DNA of 64,000 nt from Diadema antillarum. Lineage: Eukaryota. The notes beneath the pieces were generated by a model. That model saw nothing but the letters and a program-made list of their open reading frames with translations, had not been told where the DNA came from and ran no database searches. Below are positions 52,301-64,000 of this stretch, piece after piece. Positions within the stretch are counted from its first letter, which is position 1; each line of letters opens with the position of its first letter. The stretch covers positions 2,914,001-2,978,000 of the forward strand of contig NW_027271168.1 of the NCBI RefSeq assembly GCF_040938485.1. Reading direction: 5' to 3'. The position numbers and the translations under genes are program-made.

Positions 52301-52670
52301 TATGATTTTGATCTTTTCGAATGGTTCTTGAACTGCAGTGAGATCCAAATAAATGGAACTCTCTTACTTTGGTGGATTGATTTTTTGCTTAATGTAAGTT
52401 AATGTGATTGTTTGTAATGGTTGTCGTTATGTTTTTTACTCTCTACTTGAGCTCTTTGTTTGTACAGAAAGTATCTCTCGTGTTAGTGTGGTTATTGTCT
52501 TTGTGTAACAGGTTTGTATTGAAATCATCTACAGTTCTGTTGCTTGGAGAAAATCAGAGGTCAGCTTTCCTGAATTAAACATCACTACTCATCCATTTTT
52601 TATCTCCGATTTGTTCCCATCTGACGAAAAGATTAGGCCATAATTGGAAATAGCTGTTGATGTTGCATTT

Positions 52671-52702
52671 TCAGTAACAGCAGTCCCCTTTATTTTGGTA
52701 AC
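52671..52702 (-). CDS. Candidate terminal coding exon of an unidentified minus-strand gene
   Basis: gtccttctaccccag|GT TAC CAA AAT AAA GGG GAC TGC TGT TAC TGA; phase 1 matches the 52808-52852 exon, giving ...VYD-G-YQNKGDCCY*. Confidence 0.35.
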
Positions 52703-52807
52703 CTGGGGTAGAAGGACTTTCGGATCTTACATGAGAGATTTGCGAAGATTTAGCACGAGAAGATTGTTAAAAAGATGCAGACTTTTGACGTCCTGTAGGG
52801 TACTTAC

Positions 52808-52852
52808 CATCGTAAACATCATCCACTTCATCGCGGTACTTGTCAGTCAAAT
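52808..52852 (-). CDS. Candidate 45-nt internal coding exon (phase 1-1), unidentified gene
   Basis: catcttctttttag|AT TTG ACT GAC AAG TAC CGC GAT GAA GTG GAT GAT GTT TAC GAT G|GTAAGT = (x)LTDKYRDEVDDVYD. Strong splice sites on both sides. Confidence 0.55.
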
Positions 52853-53357
52853 CTAAAAAGAAGATGAGTATCTCGCTATGTTTCTTTTATCTTCCTTATA
52901 TGTGTGCCTTTCTCTATTTTGCTATCAGTGTTCTAAGCGTTGGCGTTCCTAATTGCGTGTCGGAGAAAATGTTATTCAAGTCAGCCTTTTTAATCAAGGC
53001 GGCTACAGTTTTGATGTCAATTACTTCATTGATTCATCAGTGGGAAAATTCAAAGAAGACATCTAATAATTGGAAGAGTTTTGTGTAGAATGATGTTGTT
53101 TTTCACTTATAGCAAAAATCCCAGCGCTTTGAATTGGAAGGTTAAGGTTAATGAATATTNNNNNNNNNNNNNNNNNNNNNNNNNNNNNNNNNNNNNNNNN
53201 NNNNNNNNNNNNNNNNNNNNNNNNNNNNNNNNNNNNNNNNNNNNNNNNNNNNNNNNNNNNNNNNNNNNNNNNNNNNNNNNNNNNNNNNNNNNNNNNNCAT
53301 ATATAAGACAGTATAGTATTTCACTGCAGACGTAGCTCTTTTTCCTATATCCTTCAT

Positions 53358-53413
53358 TTTGTATTCAATTCGAGCTTTCGGTCATAATAGGCCTACATCA
53401 GGATCTATACAAA
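53358..53413 (-). ncRNA. Degenerate hammerhead motif (partner of 53961-54010)
   Basis: TTTGTATAGATC-CTGATGT-A-GGCC[TATTAT]GACC-GAAAGCTC-GAATTGAATACAAA: A9 changed to T, a stem II mismatch and a 5-nt duplication in stem I. Probably inactive. Confidence 0.55.
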
Positions 53414-53960
53414 TAAAAACACAGAATTATAAATGTACCACTGCCAGTGATATTATAATAACATTATTTACATGTACTTAATTGTATTATATGAAACAAT
53501 ATCGCTAAAAAGCATTATATTCATGGCGTGTGCAAATATACAGGACACCCCTCACACACATACACTTTCGGATATAATAATAACATAGGGCCTACATAAA
53601 AAGGTATACATACATTTTGCGATGAGTAGCCGCTGTTATGTGATGGATTATTGTCTCATCGGTGTGACAGATACCCAAACACGACACCAACAACACACTC
53701 AGCCAAACCAACCACAAACCACGGAACGTCATGTAATCCATCACATAACAGCGGCTTCTCACTGCAAATGTATAGGCCTACCTTGTTTATATATGCTATT
53801 ATTATATCCGAATTGGGGGGGGGGATGTGTAAATGTATATGTGTATGCATGTGTCCTGTATATTTGCACATGCCATGAATATAGCGCTCTGTAGCGACAC
53901 ATGTAAGTCATGTTATTATAATATCACTGACAGTGGCACATTTGTCATTCTGTGTTTTTG

Positions 53961-54010
53961 TTTGTATAGATCCTGATGAAGGCCTATATGGCCGAAAGCT
54001 CGAATACAAA
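53961..54010 (+). ncRNA. Minimal type I hammerhead ribozyme (Penelope-type), intact core
   Basis: TTTGTAT(AGA)TC-CTGATGA-A-GGCC[TATAT]GGCC-GAA-AGCT-C-GAATACAAA: 9-bp Watson-Crick stem I with a 3-nt bulge, 4-bp stem II, palindromic AGCU stem III and a CUC triplet. Predicted cut after 54001. Confidence 0.7.
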
Positions 54011-54104
54011 ATAAAGGAAATAGGAAGAAGAAGCTACGTTTGCAGTCTAATACTATACTGTCTTAGGCCTGTATAATGTATAGAGTTAGCACAACATGTT
54101 TTGC

Positions 54105-54157
<53 letters not shown>

Positions 54158-55454
54158 TATCATATATCTATATCCTTCTGTGAAGAATATCACAATAAAA
54201 ATGGAAATAAGCTATTTTTCCTTTTCCTTTAAACAAGACGATGGGATACATGACTTATTATTCATTCATCTAATTTCCTGAAGACAGGACATTCACACAA
54301 TTACATTTTGGAGTCGGAAACTTTCAAGATCGTATTGCTAATCAGAGTGATTGATGTCGGCATAACGGACTTACGTTACGCCAGGTGATAAGTTATTGTG
54401 ATATTGATGACATAGATTTCTAGTTTTTGTGTTGTAATTTCTCTATCCTTCATTTATTCAATAAGCAACTATATATGTGTATACACAGATAAGAAATTAT
54501 GAACAAGCAAATGTTACAACATATTTAATGATCAAAAGGTCGTGTAAGAAAAAGTAAAAGCAGGTTGATCTCTCATATGAAAATGACCTCTCCTAATGAA
54601 ATGTAGACTATTTTGAGAAATCTTTCTCAGATATCCCCCTGAAACGTTTGTTGTTGTTGCCATTACTGTTGATTGATAGTTTTCAAACAATGTCTGATTT
54701 GGTACGCACCTGTTTTGATATGCACCCATTGCATCTCACTCGCCGCGCGTCGGGGACTTCTCGCGGTTACGGAGTAAAATCATGACTAACCACTCTCAGT
54801 ATACCACTGGCTTATTATTCTCATATCTCTCCCCCCCCCCCTTCTGTCTATCTATCTATCTCTCAATATATTTCTGAAAGAATAAAATAATGGCGCCAGA
54901 ATGTCCCATTTAGATAATGACAATTAACGTGAGGCGTGGCTACTTGAGCGGAAAATGACCGGCAAAAGCCCCGCGGCCTATTTGATCAATATCCTGTGGT
55001 ATTTCATTTCTCTCTCCCCCCCCCCCCCCGACCCGAATATAACAATTATGAATAATAAATGTCTTGCTTGGTTGTCTTATCGTCCTATAGCCGCAGATTG
55101 ATAGCAGCACATGTAACATCACTTACACATTATTTTGCCGTTGTAATATCAGTTACATAAAAGGGAACATATAAATTATCGTTAATTTGTTTTTTGTTAT
55201 GAGGTACTGCTCTGCCATTTTTTTTAATTCTTGTACTTAAACATCATCAATTTTGATTCCTTTGATAAATTCACTTTTCTCTTTAATGACTTCATTTAAA
55301 TTCCTCTAAATTTTTGAATTGCTTCAGTAAGGCAAACGAATATATTCCAGTTCAAATGAAGTTTTATTTCCAACTTGTCCAATGGCACCTTTTTGTTGAT
55401 ACAAGTTCACGGTGAAAAAAAGCGTACAATCTATTACACTCATACATATATACA

Positions 55455-55497
<43 letters not shown>

Positions 55498-55760
55498 CAT
55501 ATATGATATACATGTGACACTAATTGTAAATAACTGTGCTATTGGAAATGAGAGGCCCACGTATAAAAGACAAGTTTGTAGAAATGCATACTCACAGCAA
55601 TTAACCCTTAAACTGCATCCATGAAATATTTTACACATCAACAGATCTTCTATTCCGTTTTATCTTTGAATCTGAAGACAGCTCCAGTACATCTCGAGAA
55701 AGATAAGCTCACATTCACTTACTGTGATGTATCTAGTACAAAAGACTTGTATAACATTAA

Positions 55761-56674
55761 AGGGGAAATCCAGTCCAAAAATAAGTTAATCTGATAAAAA
55801 AAAAGTAAAATTTTACGAATTCAACGTTAAAATTTTGACTGAAATCGGATGAAAAATTAAGGAAGTTATGAAATTTTGAAGTTTTGCTTATTTCCGCAAA
55901 ACAGTTCTTGTACAGTGGATATGAATATGCAAATGAGTGAGCTGACCATGTCGTAACCTCACAATTTTCCACTGATCGTGTATAAAAAATGACGAAATTT
56001 CAATGTTTTTGTCATTGAAGTCTAAAGCATGGTGTTATTCCTGGTTGAATAACTTCAGAATAGTGATCAGTTAGATATAAGGATTTGAGCCTGGGGCATA
56101 ATTGCGTTTGCACGAAAAACTGGAAATTCCAAAATTTTATGTACAAAGTATATGGCAAGCTGTGAGGATAAGACATGCTGACTTTGCCATTTGCATATTC
56201 ATATTGACCGTCCTCAGAGACTCAAACCCCAAGCACCTTCTGATCTGGAGATTCTCCCGCCTGAAACCCCTAGCAAACGGGAGACTCCAACTTGATGTGC
56301 GCGAAGCGCGAAGTTCCTTGCTGCCGGGGTCCAACTCTAGGGTCCTAGATGTTATCCGGCGTGCTATCTAAGGCTTATTTTACAACATACGATGACACAG
56401 AGTAAGAAATCATTTCAAGCGGGAGAAATTAAATCTCAAGCGGGAGAACAGGAGATTTTGCAAAAATGGGCTTTCGGCGGGAGATCTCCCGTTGAAAACG
56501 GGAGAGTTGGAGTCTCTGCGTCCTAGAACTGTTTTCTCAAAAATTAGCGAAACTTAAAAAATGTCATAACTTCCTTATTTTTCACCCGATTTCGATCAAA
56601 ATTTTACCGTTGAACTCGTAATATTTCACTCTTTCTTATCAGACTAACTTATATTTGAACTGGATTTTTCCCCT
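55761..56674. mobile_element. Kolobok-like MITE family D, full length with nested insertion
   Basis: TTAA|AGGGGAAATCCAGTCCAAA ... TTGAACTGGATTTTTCCCCT|TTAA. Confidence 0.85.
56215..56518. mobile_element. Nested MITE with 6-bp TSD
   Basis: TIR CAGAGACTC(A/C)AAC; CGTCCT duplicated at 56209-56214 and 56519-56524; absent at the equivalent position of the 32863-33470 copy. Confidence 0.8.
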
Positions 56675-56810
56675 TTAAACATCCAGTCACCGACACCTTC
56701 TTAAGACCTTCTACGACGGTGATTGAATAAGGGTAATTCCACTAAAACCTTCAAATGATCTCAGTTTACAAGACCAATCCAACTCGCACCAATCCCACTC
56801 CGAAAAAAAA

Positions 56811-57037
56811 GGTGCACCTCACAAGACCGACACCCAGGGTTCGTACAGCCTACGAGTTATACAGCCCACGAGTCATACAGCCCATGAGTTCAACACTGAG
56901 CAAATAAGGCCCACGAGACCGACACAGTAAACCTCTCGTTGTATCTGTCGAACTCATGGGCTTCATTTGCCTAGTGCCGAACTCGTGAGCTGTAAAACTC
57001 GTGTGCTGTATTGATATGGCTCATGGGTGTCGGTCAA
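56811..57037. mobile_element. Merlin-like CCCACGAGT-family MITE, shorter copy
   Basis: GGTGCACCTCACAAGACCGACACCC ... GGGTGTCGGTC; same internal repeats as 38893-39245. Confidence 0.65.
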
Positions 57038-57144
57038 AGACAAAACACATACACATACACACACACAAATGCACACACATGCCCACACAACACACATACA
57101 CATAAAGACGATTGTACAAACACACAAACACAAGCACGCACACT

Positions 57145-57178
<34 letters not shown>

Positions 57179-57351
57179 CACACACACACAAGCAAGCACA
57201 CAACCAAACTCCAATAAGCCTACACCAGGGCATAGGGAATTGATAAAACCAGCATATCATGTGCATAAAAACTATGCATATCTTTTATTTTTACTATTGT
57301 CTTTTCCTTCCTCTCCTTTATATCTCTGTTCCTGTAGCAACCTTCCCAAGT

Positions 57352-57397
<46 letters not shown>

Positions 57398-58279
57398 AAG
57401 TAAGGTCATCATCAGAAAGAGAAAAAAATTTTTTTCAGCTATACTGCATCATTACATAACAAGAAATATTTTTTGAAAGATATCATTGAAAGTATCACAT
57501 ATAATATTCTGATTATTTGTTTTTGTTTTTGTTTTTCACCAGCTTCAGTCTCAAATATACCCCATGTTCATAAAAATGGGTATATCGGTTTATGCGTTCA
57601 AATTCTTCATAATGCTTTCTGCAAATTAATGAACAAATCGAATCCATGATTAACTTGTCAGTTCTTACAATTTTATTGCGACTCTTATTTTGAAACATGA
57701 TGTAAAATGACACAACAACAACAACAACAAAAATGAAATCCTCTCCATTGACTTGTATTACTACATCTACTCTTACTTATTTGCTTGGGTCAAAGGAATT
57801 GTATTATCGTTATGTCTTACGTTGCACATTTTTAGTGCATTTTGACTTCGCCCCATGAACGTCATCAAAAAATTATTAGCAGGAAAGCAGGCAAGCAGTA
57901 ATGACCCAAAAAAAAGTGTTTTGCGCGTTTTCGCATTTAAAAAGATAAAAAGTACCTCACACACATATGTAGCTGCATGGAGTAAACAAACAAAAGCAAA
58001 CATTGCCGTTATATTACCAAAGTATCATCACAACTCTTAAATTGTATTACGCATATATAACCAATTGATAAGTTGTGTACATCTGATGTTGTTCCGTTTA
58101 CATGGCAAGTGAAAATTTTCATGAGACCCAAAATTTAGATTGCGATATGAGCTTCCCTGTACGTAGAGAATTATGAGTATTCGTTGTGTATTATTGGCAA
58201 AGTGATCGACTGACATCATAATCACTGCAGTGATATAATAATTACAGAGAACACAATAATTGGAGGTATAATTTACTAT

Positions 58280-58623
58280 TTGCAGATGAAACAAAAACCC
58301 AGCATTGGTGCTTCAAAATGGTTCTAAAATTTGAGTTAGGTATAGAAACAATCACTGTGAAAATTTGAATCCGTATAATTGATGTTAAGTATTGTTAAAT
58401 ACTCAAAATGTGAACAATAGTTATAATAAAAATGTTTCCAGACTAAACTGTCTATAGCTATGGTTTATTGAGAAAAATACTGATATCTCCTGATATGTTA
58501 TACATATAAAATATGTATATGGTAGGATGTTTTGTGATATAACGACAGACCTACACATATATGCGACAAAAGTGATATCTTGAACATTTTTAAAATCACT
58601 GCTCCCAAAGGTACACAGGACCT
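58280..58623 (-). mobile_element. Kolobok-like MITE family A, partial copy
   Basis: Ends ...CTCCCAAAGGTACACAGGACCT|TTAA, the reverse complement of the start at 8996. Left boundary approximate. Confidence 0.7.
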
Positions 58624-59661
58624 TTAAATATTATTGGTATAGAACTATTATGGTAGTAAACAATACTTATGAGATCATTCTAGAGTTTTGGATCTAGTCT
58701 TTCCAAATATATAAACCAGGTGTCAAGCAATGCCAGATATCGAAGCACTACCAATGACTACGGTATTCTGGTAACAGAATATTCATGTCTTACCCTTAGA
58801 ATTAAACTAAGATCAAATTGGATCGAACTTTCTGTCCTTTGCCTGTTTGTTTGATTATGCAGCGTTTGAACCGTGTGTGGATTGAGATGAATAACACTTT
58901 TTTAGGCTCTTTTATGAAACAACAATTTGAAGAAAATCATATCACGATGCATTTTCAGTGACCGTCTAATTTATCTATAGCATTTAATCATTTAATAAAA
59001 TGAAGATTACAGTTCATTTTCCTCAAAACATCGCAGATGTGGAAAAAAAAAACTAAACAAACTACGTAGTAATCGTCAATACCAAATGATTTTGGGTGCA
59101 TTTGCAGTTTACATTTTCCAGACTATTGATCCTGTATTTTCCGTTAAACTGCGATGTGTCTGACAAGTATTCCATGTATTTCCTTTAATAAGAGTCATGC
59201 TATGATGGATTACCAATGGTGATTAAATTAAAGTTCTGATCAATGCTCTTCTATAAATTGCCTTTACAATGGACCGGTTAATTTAAAACATTTTTTTTTT
59301 AATTCAAACCGCAACAACTTACAATACTACAAGACAGAAAACAAAATTTTAAGCGTAAAGCAAGACATTTCACGAGTAACGGATCTGAAGTTTCAAAAGG
59401 CAAGAAAATATAAGTATTCACATTTTAGAAATGTCAGAGCTACGTGCTGCCATAATGGACGAGGAGCCCAAAGTCACAGTTGATATTTTCAACAGGACGA
59501 CGTTGAACACAACCCTTGGCATGCTTTTATTTTCAGCCTCTATGTATCATGATTCATAATATTCATGCAAACCTGACATAAAAAGCGACACATTAAAATT
59601 TGCCAATCAATCATGGAACACCCTTTCCTATTTTCCTTTTTTTCCCCTTGCAAGCGCAAGT

Positions 59662-59837
59662 CTACTTCCACTGGATTGGTATTGCGCTGCAACTATTCAG
59701 GAGTGTTCGTGGGTGCGTCGTGCCGTGTGCAAAACGTAAAGTGACGTTCGAGTGTCTGTGCCCAGCAAGTGCCAACAAAAGTTCCTCCGTTGCTTTGAAG
59801 ATTATGTTTTCTTCGTCATTAAATTCAGTCCATTCCT
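59662..59837 (-). CDS. Candidate coding exon, unidentified
   Basis: ctatgtatatatcag|AG then EWTEFNDEENIIFKATEELLLALAGHRHSNVTLRFAHGTTHPRTLLNSCSAIPIQWK*. Higher GC than the flanks and protein-like composition; no homology recognised. Confidence 0.3.
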
Positions 59838-61388
59838 CTGATATATACATAGAAATGTTTAGAATACTAGAATTATTGAAAGAATGCTTGTGATTACCAT
59901 AATCACTATCAATTAATGGCCCAATGTTCATGCGTTTTACCTTATAGATAAACTTTAGTAACTACAATTTATATCCAATATGCATGCATGTTTTTCTTCC
60001 CATCAATTATGCATTCAGATGATGCTAAGGCTGTATTCACTTAGTTAAAAGTGCTTACGTGTTTGGTTACCTTTACTTCCAGGAAATAATTGCAAGCATC
60101 ATATTGAAGATCATGCTTGGACTGCCAGTTCTTTGTTTTGAATAGCAAATATTTATAAGATAATCTGTATTCGTTTTATTGTATTGTCGATGTGAAGCTA
60201 GATTATTACATAGAAACGAAGAGAACAGGGCAAACTGAATCAAGGAGCCCATAGGCCTACTATTTGAAGAAAAAAAAACAAATCCTGCGAAAGTATGTAA
60301 CATAATGAATCAATTTGTAGTCTTTCATGGGTCCCTTGTGATTTTTTAATGGGTTCTCGTGCTGTTAGGTAATGCATTACTATCACTGCATCCGTCAATG
60401 CCACTAGAATAATATTCCGATGTACCACTGGCATCACTCCAGGCACATTGTATTTGGGTTTGAATTTTGTGAAGTATTCTAAGCACAGAAGCCAAAGCAA
60501 TCATCATCACGAACAAATGTCATGTCAATGGCCCGAAATACTTTTATATCTTCTATCTGATTTGTATATGCAATTGGGGTAAAGTAATGTGCTACACTTT
60601 TCCATCCTGCATGACAATTTTTGGCGATTAGGAAAACTGAAAGTTATATGTGTACTTCCCTCGATAGATTGAAATGCACATTTCGTGCTTAAACAGACAT
60701 TGATATTCTATTGATTCATTACTCTTAAAAGGAATTTCCAGAAGCATCAATCATAGGCTTTTTTTCCTGTAGACTATTCGTCAACCATCCCGCCTTAATG
60801 TCCCCTCTATACGACGTCCACTTAAATCTCTTCCCAATCCACGAAGGATGGCGCATCTTATGGATTCTTTTAAACCAGCACCTTCAAGTTCTTTGTCACC
60901 ATCGGGGCCACCATCGATGAAGAGATTTTTTTTTTTTAAACCTGAGACAAGTTTCTTTCTTTATCCTCTGCGCTTGTCAAATCATATAGCGAGATGATTT
61001 GACTCAGGTATATCACATTAATGTATGAATATGCATTAGTGGATGTTACATAACTATATATCCATGCACATGTTTCTCCGTGTATGCCATGTGTTTGTGA
61101 ATGTGTGTCTGTATGTGTGCGTTGTGTGTGGGTGGGTGTGGGTGTGTGTGTGGGTACCACAAGTAGCTTGGATGAATTTCACGGGCTCCGTGTGATCTCA
61201 TATAAACTAGATTACTTTCGTTTCCTCTATCATAACAATGCACCCTTCCACTTCATATAATCTGATGAGTAACCTGATTAATAAATCTTTGTAATTGAAA
61301 TAATTGACACTAAATGAATGAAGACTAATGTACCGATAATCGATTCGCCCAAAAAGTGATAAAACGAAAAGTTCGTATGTGTGTGTGT

Positions 61389-61426
<38 letters not shown>

Positions 61427-63067
61427 CTTACCAACATAAACGCATTTTGTTGATCGATTTATTATAGATGTTTCTTACTCTATGGTTCAAATCAGTAGGT
61501 GTGAAAAATAGTTTTAGTCAATTTGTGCTACGTGCATTTAAATGCTAGAAAGAAACTAAAGATGAAAACTATATGAGACCAGAAAACAGTGCGTTGAAAT
61601 CCTCTCTTGACAATCACAGCCACGTTGAAATAACCTGGGAGAGAAAAATGAAAAGATATGGAACAAAAATGGTAAACTTCGCTTAACAATTGTGCACTCA
61701 TTTGAACCAGTCTCGCATTCACAGGAACTGGCAAGGCATGCACCAAGTGATTAAAAGCAAATCCATGATATCGTGCTCAATATCATCTCACTCAAGGTTA
61801 AAATCATATAATTCATCATAAACTGTTCACTGATGGCGTCATAAGTTTGGACGCTTAATTTAGTAATTAAGAGTCTAATGGCTATTACAACGCGAAGAGA
61901 CGTAAATACATGTTCACAAGTTGTAAATTTCCCTACCATATGCCCTACTCATTTCCCTCGTCAACTGCGGGTTTTTTTTTTTTTTGGACAAATTGTATAG
62001 AGCTTTACAATCTATATAAAATTATGGTTTATTCCACCAAGCTATTGATCTCTCATTACCTTCTCATGCCCTTATTCTAAACACCAGTACTTCTAGTACA
62101 AAGTTAAACCAAAAATAACTGGAGAAGAGATATGTTGAGCGTTACATCATAATTAATGCTTCAGGATTATGTTTGAAAGAGACGATGTATTATTGATTAA
62201 ATTGATTGAATTAAATCGCTGGGTAGTGGTTCATTCAAAGTTTATCGTAAATGTGCGAAGATGGGTAAACCTCTAGAAATATTTGTTCCAGCGTTACGTT
62301 ATGGTATATTAAATAAATGTATGACTAAAATATTTCGGAGAAAGAAGAGTGGCGTCATGGTTTGTTTTCCACCCCCAAAATCACACTTCCTGTCTTGCTT
62401 TGCCTTCCTTGGCAGCACTTTCCTTGTCTGGTACTCATTGCGATGAGTTGGTATAGCAGGAGATGTCAATATCAGTATCCAAAGAAAAATATTCAAATGA
62501 GATTCGGGAGAAATGATAAGGTGACGTGTTACTCGCTGGCGGCCATATTGTGCATCAGTATTTTTGACTAAGATATATCATTTGGGGGTGTTAAAAGCCT
62601 CTTTTTGGTCACTCAAAGACGTAGAAATGGGGGGGGGGATGCATTGGCTGGTACCATCAAAGAGACCTTGGTGATTTTGGGAAGTCTGGTACGTCGAAAA
62701 GGTATTAGTCCCTTTCCTTTCGCGATATTTTGCCAGAAATAAAAGTAATGGTATAGTGCAGTCAAACTGACAGTGCCATGTGTTACAAACGAGAGGCGTC
62801 TTTCTGGGGTTTTTTTTTTTGACGTGACATAATAAATGAATGAAATGTGCATCCATACTCTCATATTTTTCACTCAACTTTCTTTTTGTTTGAATAATCT
62901 TACTATTTGATTGATTATTTTTTTTACCGGATGGTTCAGCCATTGCAATGAAGCGTTAGGTAGTGGGTTTCTTGCCAACTGCGTTACTCAGTCAGTAGAA
63001 TGCATTTGACAAAACCATTCAATAGATAGAACTACACACAGATTTATATGCGACACAGATTTCATAC

Positions 63068-63165
63068 GCGAGGAGCGCATTTGAGATATCTTTCTTTGGA
63101 TCCTAGACGAGTTATGTCTTCCTTGACTATCACCCATAATGCAGTTTGACAGTGATCTACTCCCG
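63068..63165 (-). CDS. Candidate internal exon, unidentified
   Basis: atatgattgcag|CG GVDHCQTALWVIVKEDITRLGSKERYLKCAPR |GTATGA. Confidence 0.2.
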
Positions 63166-63351
63166 CTGCAATCATATATCATTTTGGTTCTCATCTGTTT
63201 AAAGTCTTCTTTTACCTCAGAGACTTTGACACTGTGCAAACTGCATCCATTAAGGTCAGTTTTTGTCATTGTGGATAGTTTTTATATCTTTCTCGGCATG
63301 AGAGTTCAGATGGGGCACTGAAGTGCTCGAGAAACGACAGTATTTCCGAGA

Positions 63352-63395
<44 letters not shown>

Positions 63396-63872
63396 TGAGA
63401 TTTCACAATTTCATGACACGTTTGATTAGACTTGCGATATATTCACTTATAGTGAAAACAATTCGTAACAAGACCCAGTGAAAGAACTTTAAAATTTCAC
63501 TACCTCAGAGCAAAAAAAAAAAAAAAAAAAAATACATGTACTGACTTCAAAAGAAAAACAAAGCATAATCAACAAACAAAGCAACCTGGTATGAGGTTGT
63601 CAGTCTAATCATTTCTCTCATTGTATGTATTCATTCATCGATTTTTTTTTATATTATACATTATGAATTCTACTGCTTACAAATTGTTAAACAATGTGAG
63701 TTGTCAAACACGAAATAATCATTTTCTATTATGCATCACCTTAAAAAATTGTATGATGGAAATAAAGTATGACTGAATAAAAGTGAAATGAATTAATCCA
63801 TTGATTTTTTTAGATAAAAGCATTGTTGATTAAACAGATCTTTGCTTATACATAATTACACACACAATTATA

Positions 63873-63929
<57 letters not shown>

Positions 63930-64000
63930 GCACACACACACAAGATAATCGTCTTCAAAGATTTCTGCTGTCTATTGTTAAAGAAAAAAGTGAATCGTAT

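Larger units (their letters stand above)
53304..54065. mobile_element. Fold-back element with ~170-bp inverted arms, each carrying a hammerhead motif (Penelope pLTR-like)
   Basis: Arms at about 53304-53476 and 53897-54065 (TAAGACAGTATAGTATT ... AATACTATACTGTCTTA) flank a ~420-bp spacer. The left arm abuts an N-gap. Confidence 0.7.

Noticed and set aside
29103-53357. Long ORFs in the track spanning N runs (e.g. 41748-42608, 29103-29513, 47591-47896)
   Set aside because: Artefacts of translating assembly gaps as X.
55723-55732. 10-nt minus-strand microexon-like segment (tag|ATACATCACA|GTAAGT)
   Set aside because: Not a multiple of 3, no clear branch point, and adjacent to a MITE end. Insufficient support.
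19700-61437. ORFs rich in HT/CV/YI/QQ/NN repeats (e.g. 24620-24885, 56963-57476, 54096-54281)
   Set aside because: Translations of (CA)n, (AT)n and (AAC)n microsatellites.

Overview
AT-rich, repeat-dense animal genomic DNA from a gapped draft assembly (8 N-gaps). The repeat landscape suggests a marine deuterostome, probably an echinoderm, but this is inference. The only gene I can name is a minus-strand ENTREP/FAM189-family (CD20-like membrane protein) coding exon at 20499-20783, with a candidate in-frame upstream exon at 24243-24328. Several other exon-like segments cannot be identified: an 18-nt microexon, a 45-nt exon plus terminal exon near 52.7 kb, and a plus-strand terminal exon at 1340-1515. 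Most of the window is intronic or intergenic DNA filled with non-autonomous DNA transposons (Kolobok-like TTAA MITEs, piggyBac-like, Harbinger, 5-bp and 6-bp TSD hAT-like, Merlin-like, Helentron-like), decayed LINEs, SINEs and microsatellites. The most interesting signal is two unrelated fold-back structures (49004-49237 and 53304-54065). In each, both inverted arms carry a minimal type I hammerhead-ribozyme motif of the kind known from Penelope-like elements, and the right arm is followed by CAACATGTTT and a (TA)n tract. There is no CRISPR array, rRNA or convincing functional tRNA gene.
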